Made by a program: the position numbers and the translations under genes. This document shows, one piece after another, positions 1 to 14,593 of a stretch of DNA of 64,000 nt. Origin of the DNA: Guillardia theta CCMP2712 (Eukaryota > Protista > Cryptophyta). Each line of letters starts with the position of its first letter. Within the stretch, counting starts at the first letter, position 1. The stretch spans positions 218,494 through 282,493 of the forward strand of contig NW_005434659.1 in the NCBI RefSeq assembly GCF_000315625.1, given 5' to 3'. Below the pieces are notes generated by a model, which was given only the letters and a program-made list of their open reading frames with translations, was not told the origin of the DNA and made no database searches.

Positions 1-138
1 TGGGGCGAAGAGAAGAGAGGAGGAGGACGGAGGAGGGAGGAGGAAGAGAAAGAGCAAGGGGAGAGGAAATGAGGAGGAGGAGGAAGGTGGTAGGCGGGGA
101 GTGGGGAAGGAGAAGGAGAGGAACTGAAGGTGCTGCAG

Positions 139-313
139 ATTACAAAGTCCCTCTCAACAACCAGATCATCATGCACATCCAGCCGAGGCTGGCTGCTGTC
201 AACAAGACACCCGCCAGCACTTCGCAAGAACATGTGAAGTAAGGAAACATTGAGGAGGAGGTGGCGTTGTTGGCGATGAAGATGGAGATGATGATTGATA
301 TAGAGATGAAGCA

Positions 314-349
<36 letters not shown>

Positions 350-533
350 AGGGAGGAGAAGGGGGAAAAGCTGAAAGTTGTGGTGGGCGTGATGGTAATG
401 TTTATGGTGGAGACTGGTGGGAGGGAGGCGGGGAGGGGAAAAGTCGTTTCCTCCCGCTCATGCACTTCTTCATTTCCTGTTGCAACAACTGACCTTGTTA
501 TTCTCTTTCAGCAAGTGCTGCATCATCTGCTGA
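139..533 (+). CDS. 3' exons of a membrane-anchored ubiquitin-fold protein (UBL3/MUB-like); 5' end lies outside the window
   Basis: Exons 139-238 and 512-533 (GT-AG) splice in frame to YKVPLNNQIIMHIQPRLAAVNKTPASTSQEHVNKCCIIC*. The 'IIMH' strand, linker and terminal CC-x-x-x prenylation motif resemble the UBL3/MUB C-terminus. Confidence 0.65.
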
Positions 534-748
534 AATTTTTCCTGGGGATCGAGACATCATGTTAGACACCTCTGACATGCTGTCGACTACGATTCACATG
601 CTTTGAATCCTTCCCCCCGTCCTCTCTCCTCTCCCCACATCGACACCACCCTGCAGACTAATTATGCTGTACAACTCGTAGACGACTCAGATCCTGTTTG
701 CAGCTTTTGATTTCTATTTCGTAAATGTCATGTCCTACCCCCTGCACT

Positions 749-1819
749 TCAACCGGCTGCCACAGTGTGCAGCGCTGCCATCTCTTGCGCAAAGAGCTCC
801 CATGCTGCAAGACTCCAAGTCACTCTTGGGACAAGAAGGCAGCAGGAAGCATGCAGCTGACTTTGCAAGCAGCTCGTCTCCACTTGTCGAACCCACCAAT
901 CTCTGCTATCCACGTGAGCAACGACACGAGCACTCCAGCAACCAGCGGGACCTGTCGAAGAGGGAGGATGCTTGCTTCTCTCCCATGAGCTTCTCGTGCA
1001 GTCTTGCCATCTCCTGCGGCCTGTGGCGATCGCTCGGTCAAGGTAGGAGCAGACAAGGAGAGGGAAGAGCGTCAGGCGCGAACATGAACACGTCACAGAC
1101 TCTGAACACGTCAAAGACTCGCCTCGAGATCAACTTGGTTGCAATCTCTTCGTAATCCTGTAAAAGCTATCATCAAATCTATCCCCTCCTCCTCCTCCTC
1201 CTCCTCCTCGTCCTCCTCTCCTCCTCCTCCTCCCCGACTGCCTCCTCGACCGCCTCCGCCTCCTCCTCCTCCTCCTCTCCTCCCTCGACCTTCTCCTCCT
1301 TAAAACCATCATCGACTCTTCCTGTTCCTGCCTCTCCTCTTCCTCTCCTCCTCCATTCCCCCTATTCGTCATTCCCCTCCATCTCCTCTCTCTTCTACCT
1401 CAAGATCCCTCGCAATTATCTCTGGCAGGCCAGCAGCAATCACAACGCTGTCACACACGTCAGCTCATCCCCCCCCCTCCCCCCTGTTTCTGCTCCTCCG
1501 CTTTCCCCTCCTGCTCCCCCCTGCTCTCCTCGCCATCCTCTTCCCGCATTCTCCTGCTACTGCTCGTGCTCGTGCTCGTGCTTCTGCTCCTGCTCCTCTA
1601 CCTCGCTGCGACTCTGGACGAGTGAGCCTACAGTGAGCGTGAGAAACGTTCCAATCTCTCGCTCCTTCACTTCACCTTGCTGCCTGGCAGCGTCAGCACA
1701 GGAACACCCGAGGAGAGGACCTGAGACACTCGTGAGGAGCAGAAGAGGAGGAACGAGGAGATGAGGGCGAGTTGAGGAGCAGGAGCAGAGGGAGGGGCAG
1801 GAGCAGGAGCAGGAGCACT

Positions 1820-1906
<87 letters not shown>

Positions 1907-4900
1907 CTGCAGGAGCAGGAGCAGGAGCAGGGGCAGGAGCAGGAGCAAGAGCAGCAGGGGCAGAGGGGATAGAGAATAGGCAAGACCTCTGTTGCTGTTC
2001 CATGCGCGTTATATTCAGGGGTGTCAAGAAACAAATCAGCGACTCTCTTTCCCTTGATTCTTTCTTGCTCCTGTAGAGGCGGAAGTGAGGTGAAAGGAGA
2101 GAGAAGGGAAAAGGCAGGAGAAGGAGAAGGGTACGGGAGGGGAGAGGGCAGGAGGAGGAGGAGGAGGAGGAGACTGGAAAGGAGAGGAGAAGAGAGGAGA
2201 GGGGAAGGGAGAGGAGGGAAAAGTCACCGAGAGCAGGTCGGTAAAGATCTTGACATTCGTTGAAGAAATTTTCTCAGCTCAAAGTGAACTTTGAAATTTC
2301 AAACTCACGAGGAAGTTTTTGAACTCCTTTGCAAAATTCTTGAGGTTCCGCTCAGCTGGCAGAGCCTCTGCGATGAACAAGATGAAAGTTGGTCAGAGCA
2401 GCGAAGGAGGAGGTCGAGGAGGAGGGAAGGAGGAGGTCGAGGAGGAGGTCGAGGAGGAGGAGGAGGAGGTCGAGGAGGAGGAGGAAAGTGAAATNNNNNN
2501 NNNNNNNNNNNNNNNNNNNNNNNNNNNNNNNNNNNNNNNNNNNNNNNNNNNNNNNNNNNNNNNNNNNNNNNNNNNNNNNNNNNNNNNNNNNNNNTGTCCA
2601 CTAGTTGATTACTCTGTTCCGATGTTGACGAGGTATTCAGGAGAGTGAGTTCAACGCCCTTAGCCAGAAGGATCAGCAAGACCGGAGAGAATTTTGGTCT
2701 CATACAAAGCTGGGATATATCGTCTGTACTACGAGCTTGCAAGGATCTATCAAAACAGATACACGTCTACGGCATTGCAACATCTTCGGATTGTTGTGAG
2801 CGATTACGACGCGATGTCCAACGACGACGCGATTGGAGAATGCGTGATCAGCATGAAGGAGACAGGCGGAATGATTGAGGTCCCGCTCGTCACAGGAAAG
2901 AAGCTCCTGACCGTGAAAGGCGAGCAGTCCAAGATCTCGGTCAAGATCGAGAAGAGAACATACCCGCCTGTGGCGGGCAAGGGCAGCAGGTTTGCATCCG
3001 GATGGCTGGTCACGATTGGAGGCATCAACGTCATTCCAAACGAGGACAGGGGGAGGGAGGAAGGGAAGGAGCTCACCAGTCATGACCTCCTCCTCGCTCG
3101 AGCCCTCTCCCTTGAATGCTGAGACAGGTAGCAGCTGCGATAGCTCGTTCAGTTCTGACGTGAGTTGGAAGCAGGTACCTGGAGGCGCTCGCTGTAGAAC
3201 TCGGCATGCTCCGGAGGGGCCTGCGTCGATCAGAGCGTGAGCAGGAGGTCGAGGAGGAGGTCGAGGAGGAGGTCGAGGAGGAGGAGGTCGGGGAGGAGGT
3301 CGAGGAGGAGATTAAGAAATTCAAGAAAGATGGTGGTGACAAGAGGAGAGGGAGGGGGGATGAAGAGACGAGAGAAGTTGGAGAAAGGCGCAGTCGTCCC
3401 TCCTATCAACCAAGAAACGGGGGGGGCAGGGGCAGGGGCAGGGGCAGGGGCAGGGGTAGAGGCAGAGGCGGGAAGAGCAGCGCTAGTCTCTATCTCACTT
3501 GTACTTTGTCGAGGATGTTGTAATGCATGTATGAAGCGCCAGAGGTACCTGCGTATCCCTGCAATAAAACCTGATGGACGAAAACTTCACAAACAGTAAA
3601 AGAAAAGCGAGAGACGAAGGAGAGCTGCAAACAGAAAGAGGGGGGAGAGAAAAGTGGTGGGGAATTGGAAGGAGAGAATTTAGAGGAGAGGAGAGGAGAG
3701 GAGAGGAGAGGAGAGGAGAGGAGAGGAGAGGAGAGGAGAGGAGAGGAGGGGAGAGGAGGGGAGAGGAGAGTTTGAGATTAGCAGGCAGCACGTTGAAGGA
3801 ACATCTTCACTCTCCTGGATGGGGCTCGGAGAGTAGGCAAAGATGGCAGTGCGAGCAGACGCCGTGTAGCCGTTCAAGTTCATCAGAATCTTCTCAGCTC
3901 GTCAGTCGCCGCTGGGACTTGTCAAACTCTCACGTGGACTCCCTGCTGGTTGATAGCCTGGGCCGCGTTGAAATCTGAGAGCTGAGAAGTGGGTGAAGTG
4001 AATTGCCTCAGCTGAGATTTTGAAAACGAAGGGGGAAGTTTGAAACTTGAGCCATTACCTGTTCAAGGGCGACGACTCGTTCGATGGATTCAGCTGTAAC
4101 TTTGTCAGTTGCTGCTGAGACAGAGGAGGGGGAGAGGAAAACGGAGGAGCAGGAGGGAGGAGGAGGGACAGAGGGAGAGGGAGAGGGAGAGTGTAGAGGG
4201 AGGGGGAGAGGGAAGGGGGGGGGGAGGGAGAAGGAGGGGAATAGGTAAAGGGAAAAGGAAAAAGGNNNNNNNNNNNNNNNNNNNNNNNNNNNNNNNNNNN
4301 NNNNNNNNNNNNNNNNNNNNNNNNNNNNNNNNNNNNNNNNNNNNNNNNNNNNNNNNNNNNNNNNNTTGAAAACGAAGGGGGAAGTTTGAAACTTGAGCCA
4401 TTACCTGTTCAAGGGCGACGACTCGTTCGATGGATTCAGCTGTAACTTTGTCAGTTGCTGCTGAGACAGAGGAGGGGGAGAGGAAAACGGAGGAGCAGGA
4501 GGAGGAGGAGGGACAGAGGGAGAGGGAGAGGGAGAGGGAGAGGGAGGGGGAGAGGGAGGGGGGGGGGGATGGCGATTGGAGAGGAAGTAGTGATGCAGCC
4601 GAGCTAGGTTGTAGATGGACGGCAGGTGGTTGGGTGCTCGTGCGATGGCCTGCAGCAGCGCTTCCTCTGCTTTCTTGTTCTCTCCAAGCTTCTGCAGCAG
4701 GCAGCCCAAGTTGCAGAGGATGGCAGCGTCCGTCGGTTTACGCTCCGTCACCCGCTGCACGATCCTCCTCACCTCGTCTTCGCTCGTCTTGCTCTGAGTG
4801 CAAGAGATGCAATACTCCAGCAGCGCCACTGGACTGTCAGGCTGCATGCTGATCGCTCGCTTGAACAGGGCCTGCGCCTCAAGGAAGAACAGCTCCTGCC

Positions 4901-6921
4901 ATGCCTCTCTCCTCCGGAAGGGCCGCAGGCGCTTCAGGCTCTGCCCGCATGTCTGTAGCAGGCGACCAAATTCGAGAAGGCTGGGGACATGCCGGGGCTC
5001 GACAGTCAAGAGGGTCTTGAGGTTCTTGAGGGACTCCAGCCTGTTGAGCTTTGAGAGGAGGAGCGAGAGCTGAAACCTGGCGGGGAGGAAGTTGGAGTCG
5101 ATCTCTCCATAGGGAGAGTCAGCAGGCGAGCAAAACAAGGTCAAGCATCTCACGAAGGGCGAGATGAAGATGTTTGCTCGCTAGTTCAGTCATGGCTGCT
5201 TGCNNNNNNNNNNNNNNNNNNNNNNNNNNNNNNNNNNNNNNNNNNNNNNNNNNNNNNNNNNNNNNNNNNNNNNNNNNNNNNNNNNNNNNNNNNNNNNNNN
5301 NNNNNNNNNNNNNNNNNNNNNNNNNNNNNNNNNNNNNNNNNNNNNNNNNNNNNNNNNNNNNNNNNNNNNNNNNNNNNNNNNNNNNNNNNNNNNNNNNNNN
5401 NNNNNNNNNNNNNNNNNNNNNNNNNNNNNNNNNNNNNNNNNNNNNNNNNNNNNNNNNNNNNNNNNNNNNNNNNNNNNNNNNNNNNNNNNNNNNNNNNNNN
5501 NNNNNNNNNNNNNNNNNNNNNNNNNNNNNNNNNNNNNNNNNNNNNNNNNNNNNNNNNNNNNNNNNNNNNNNNNNNNNNNNNNNNNNNNNNNNNNNNNNNN
5601 NNNNNNNNNNNNNNNNNNNNNNNNNNNNNNNNNNNNNNNNNNNNNNNNNNNNNNNNNNNNNNNNNNNNNNNNNNNNNNNNNNNNNNNNNNNNNNNNNNNN
5701 NNNNNNNNNNNNNNNNNNNNNNNNNNNNNNNNNNNNNNNNNNNNNNNNNNNNNNNNNNNNNNNNNNNNNNNNNNNNNNNNNNNNNNNNNNNNNNNNNNNN
5801 NNNNNNNNNNNNNNNNNNNNNNNNNNNNNNNNNNNNNNNNNNNNNNNNNNNNNNNNNNNNNNNNNNNNNNNNNNNNNNNNNNNNNNNNNNNNNNNNNNNN
5901 NNNNNNNNNNNNNNNNNNNNNNNNNNNNNNNNNNNNNNNNNNNNNNNNNNNNNNNNNNNNNNNNNNNNNNNNNNNNNNNNNNNNNNNNNNNNNNNNNNNN
6001 NNNNNNNNNNNNNNNNNNNNNNNNNNNNNNNNNNNNNNNNNNNNNNNNNNNNNNNNNNNNNNNNNNNNNNNNNNNNNNNNNNNNNNNNNNNNNNNNNNNN
6101 NNNNNNNNNNNNNNNNNNNNNNNNNNNNNNNNNNNNNNNNNNNNNNNNNNNNNNNNNNNNNNGAGGGAGGGAGGAGGAGAGAGGGAGGATAGAGGAGGAT
6201 TAGTTAGAAGGAGTTATCTCACCTGTGATGTTCGTCACTTCCAGGTAGCTTGAGAGCCTTCTCTATCCAGCTGATCGCACCCAGCATGTCCCCTTGCGCG
6301 TGCCTGCCATGCTCTCCCCATCAGCTCGTGGGTCCTAGTTGAGAGGACGCCTTCACTTCGCAAGTCCGACGTTGAAGTATGACCTCGGATCCTTCGCTGC
6401 AGTGCTAGCAAGTCTCATGAAGACCTCCTCAGCCTCCTTGTACTGACAGCAGAACATGTGTCAGCTGTCGCAGCAACCATGGTGCAGAGAATTTGGTCCA
6501 CCATGCCATGAACCCAGTATTCCTGCGCCTGAGCGTTCAATCTCGATATTTCGTCCACATTGTCCTGAGGAGTGCGATCAGCAGAAATGGCATCCAAGGA
6601 ATGTTCTACACATCAAACCCACTGAGTGCAAGGGATCAAGATACGAGTCAAGACGAGGGAGAAGCAGCAGTCAGCTATGAGAGTGGATGGCATGGGATGA
6701 GGCGAGTGAGGGGAGAGGAGAGGAGAGGAGAGGAGAGGAGAGGAGAGGAGAGGAGAGGAGAGGAGAGGAGAGGAGAGGAGAGGAGAGGAGGAGGGTTGCT
6801 TTGCGACGATGCAGAGAGGAGGGAAAGGAGCAGAGAGGCTGAGCAACCGATACCGACGCATCCACACAACATTGCTGCATCTCTCCACCTTCTCGCTCCC
6901 TCCTATCCCGATCGTCGCCAT
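749..6921 (-). CDS. TPR-containing GT41-family glycosyltransferase (O-GlcNAc transferase/SPINDLY-like); multi-exon, interrupted by gaps, start uncertain
   Basis: Spliced exons give TPRs (KEAEEVFMRL..PRSYFNVGLAKHAQGDMLGAISWIEKAL; ORF 4401-5153) and GT41 motifs: AAQAINQQGVHILMNLNGYTASARTAIFAYSPSPIQ, VLLQGYAGTSGASYMHYNILD, APPEHAEFYSERL, ADLFLDTPEYNAHGTATEVLSSGVPVLTLPG, SRVAASVVIAAGLPEIIARDLEDYEEIA, SSLFDR..WELFAQ. Stop at 749. Confidence 0.85.
2694..3048 (+). CDS. C2-domain coding fragment, antisense within the OGT-like locus (possible misassembly)
   Basis: LRIVVSDYDAMSNDDAIGECVISM is a typical Ca2+-binding C2 loop 3 motif. It is followed by WLVTIGGINVIPNED, resembling the start of a second C2, then runs into a purine tract with no GT donor. 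Confidence 0.55.
4020..4502. repeat. ~137-bp direct duplication (about 4020-4156 = 4366-4502) flanking a 100-N gap
   Basis: Identical sequence ttgaaaacgaagggggaag...ggaggagcagga occurs on both sides of the gap. Confidence 0.9.
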
Positions 6922-7009
6922 GGCTGCAGCTATCAGCATCATCCTGGATCCCACCGCCATCGGGGAACTGTACCTTGAAACCCTCATCCCCCAACCGACC
7001 CGTTCCATC

Positions 7010-7204
7010 GATCCTAGATCTGATCCTAGATCCTGTCCTAGATCCTGTCCTAGATCTGTCCCAGGATCTGTCCCAGATCCTCCGAGTCCCAGATCTGGAC
7101 TCAGGATCCGGATGATCTGGACCGACTGCTGGGTGCTGATCTGATCCCTGCAGCGATCCCAGCAGCGATCCTGCCAGCAGCGATTCCAGATCTGATCCAG
7201 GATC
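7010..7204. repeat. GATC-rich degenerate ~12-bp tandem array
   Basis: 18 GATC sites counted by eye in ~195 bp; units such as CCTAGATCCTGT, CCCAGGATCTGT, CAGCAGCGATCC. Confidence 0.85.
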
Positions 7205-7472
7205 ACAGTATGGTCCTGTCTCTGAGCCGACCATCTTTGGGCCAGTCGAAGGGATCAGAACTAACTACGGTACCGGAGTCGTCGCCACCCTGCTATCCTG
7301 CCAGCATCCAGTCATAGTGAAGTCTGATACTGCTGGGGACGTCAGGTCGTTGGGAATGCTGTTCATGAACAGAATCGGGGGCTCGGTGGATGGGGGCAGA
7401 TGAAGGGGCGGACAGTTCTCTTACTGCCATTTGGGTGGAAGTGCTGTGCCAACAAGCCTGGCAGGAAGGAGG

Positions 7473-8600
7473 ATGACGGTAGAGGATCGAGCTGTCGTCG
7501 GCATTGGCAAGATCTTGGCAGACCATCCTTCCAAGGTAGGTAGAGTGAGCGAGTTCCAGTAAGACAACAGGGAGGCAAGGGCTTAGGCGTGACTGCACGA
7601 GGAGGTGGTGGTGAAAGGGGAGGAGGAGGAGGAGGAGGAGGAGGAGGAGGAGGAGGAGGAGGAGGAGGTATTGATGATGAAGCAACGTAAGCAGCAGGAA
7701 ATGAGGCACATCAAAGATCATCGAAGAGAATATGTGGTCCCAAAGACTGAAGGCTGTAGAATTGATGTTTGAGACTGATTATGGCGTACAGACCGAAAGC
7801 CATTTTCGATACGAGCACGGCACAACCGAGATGGGCAATCGGACAAAACGAGGATATAGCGTGGAGGAGACGCATCAAAAAATACATTCCTTGAAGTTTT
7901 ATTTCGAAAAATATGAGAGAACTCTCAAAGAAAAGCTAGCTACGTCATCTTTCCTTTGCTTCCTTTCTTTGTCGAGGTAACTAATGTACATGTGCAAGTT
8001 TTTCGCAAGCAGTTTTCTTGTATCCAGAATGGAGGTCCAGAACATGATATATGCAACAGAAGGCATGTAGAAGTGGTATCAGAGGTTGATTGAGGGCATC
8101 AAATAAACCAGAGCATATCTTTTAGCGCCGATGAGTTCAGACTTTAACTTTCTCACTTTTGTGGTCCAGGCTGCTCTGGGATTTTTCTCTTGCAACCTGG
8201 ATGTTTGAAAGCAATGTCCCAGCCGGTCCATCACATCTGATCAAGAATGATCTCGTCATGGTGATCGACTCTTCATTCATCTTGATCGTGAAGGATCCCC
8301 TTCTATGGTCGCTGATCTGCATTTTAGCAGCGCCTGTGCGCATGTGCGTTTCCAACGAGAGTGTACAAGAGCTGGAGGAAGACGCGAGTTCGTGTGAGCT
8401 GAGCAAGAGACTTGAGGGTCTACTAGTGCAGATGGAGAGGAGCAAGGAGCAAGGAGCAAGGAGCAACGATGATGGGAGTGAAGCCTGAGCGGCACAACAG
8501 ATAGAGATGCTTTGCCCTCCTGCTGACAGTCAGTACTCGACCCCAATATCCGAAACCTCTCCTTTTCGTGCAGCAACAGTTGCTTGACTACTGCAGGAAA
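7473..8600 (+). CDS. Hypothetical multi-exon gene; 3' end uncertain
   Basis: In-frame GT-AG splicing gives MTVEDRAVVGIGKILADHPSK|EMRHIKDHRREY|TESHFRYEHG...YERTLKEKLAT. Later exons are ambiguous and no homology was recognised. Confidence 0.4.
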
Positions 8601-8799
8601 TGTTCTTTTGCGTCAGCAGATCACGGACTTGGCTTCTTCACAGAGTAAAACCAGATCTTCTCGCCAACAATACCGCTGAACCACCCCTTCTCTCACCCCT
8701 GGGGACTACCCCACCCTACAGGAGACGGGGATCGCCTCCAAACCACTGATTTTCGGGGGCGCCAAGGTGGTACTTCATTTTATATGGCCACGGAGCCCA

Positions 8800-9140
8800 G
8801 ACTAGCCGCGCCTGCGCCATGGTGCTTCCGATCTGCCCCACGGCCCGAGATCTGCGGGATCGACTCACCGGCACGGTAGACGGTAACAGTAATAAGTAGC
8901 TGGCTCACTGACCTACAAGTCGGCGGCATTTGCCGGGACTCGGGAAAATATCCGATAAGATTTTCAGCCCCGAGTTCGTAGCTCGAGCTGCGGCCACGTT
9001 TATCATCATCACACTCCGGTCACGGCACACGTTGAGTTGAGTAGTACGGTCGGTGGCACTGGCCCGGGCCCGGAGCCGGGCTGATTGCCACGGTGAGCCT
9101 CGGAGCGCCCGGCGGGCCCCGGGGCACCGGGCCAAACATT
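8800..9140. promoter_or_regulatory. CCGG/GGCC/TGAG-rich non-coding island 5' of the ARM gene
   Basis: Dense ccgg, cccgg, actcgg and cggtga words, followed by an AT-rich tract (9140-9270). Same composition as four other islands in the window. Confidence 0.5.
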
Positions 9141-9625
9141 GAACAAGTATTTTAAACTCAATCAATTTTAAGTTACTATTTGTACTGTTGATACTTGTAT
9201 ATATTAATAATTATAGTGGATTTCGATTAAATGTAATATTGTTTTACAATGAACTTGTAACACATTTTTGTGGGGAAGGGGGCATGGCGCAGTTGCTTGC
9301 TGCTGTAGCGCCTCCTCGGACGGCACGAGGCAGACGCGATGGGAGACAAGAAGGCGCAATGGCGGAGTCGCAAACGTTGAAAGACATGCACATGCCCGTG
9401 GACAGATGCTCTTACAGACTCGTCTCTGCGATGGTTGGCAGGCATGGGTGGACTTGCTAGGAACGACATTCCCAGACTGTACCCTTTCAACTGCCTGACA
9501 GCCAGGAGAAAATTTTCCTCGTCCCCGATCCTTGGAATTTAGAATCTGCCTTTCCACGCTGCTGTGTACAGCGTCAAGCTCCGTGTTGAGTTGAACCCGT
9601 GGCTTTCCTTCATCTTGGCCCAACC

Positions 9626-14177
<4,552 letters not shown>

Positions 14178-14194
14178 AGGTCGACGCCGACAAC

Positions 14195-14460
14195 GAAGCA
14201 GGAGCAGGAGGGGGAGGAGCAGGAGGAGCCGAAGGAGCTGGAGCTGGAGCAGGAGGGGGAGGAGCAGGAGGAGCCGAAGGAGCTGGAGCTGGAGCAGGAG
14301 GGGGAGGAGCAGGAGGAGCTGGAGGAGCTACAGCAGGAGCAGGAGCAGGAGCAGGAGCTGGAGCTGGAGCTGGAGCTGGAGCTGGAGCTGGAGCTGGAGC
14401 TGGAGCTGGAGGAGGAGGAGCAGCAGGAGCTGGAGCTGGAGCAGGAGCTGGAGGAGGAGA
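14195..14460. repeat. (GGAGCW)n low-complexity repeat between convergent genes
   Basis: Runs of GGAGCT/GGAGCA with an internal tandem duplication. Confidence 0.85.
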
Positions 14461-14593
14461 TGGGAAGAGAGTTGGGAAGGATGTCGTCAAGCATGAGCAA
14501 GGGTAAGAGTGACGGGAGGAAGAAGAAGCTTTTCAACCAACGGGCATGTCGCTTGATTTGTAAATTTCACTCAAAGACGAGCAGCAGAAACTC

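Noticed and set aside
4020-4502. Apparent tandem exon duplication in the OGT-like gene
   Set aside because: The copies are identical and flank a 100-N gap, typical of unmerged contig ends.
5174-6253. Long ORFs across N runs (also 21888-23178 and 50476-52049)
   Set aside because: Artefacts of assembly gaps.
7945-8200. Minus-strand frame with an in-frame TGA (possible readthrough, selenocysteine or AT-AC intron)
   Set aside because: No phase-compatible splice or recognisable homology; a plus-strand spliced gene explains the region better.
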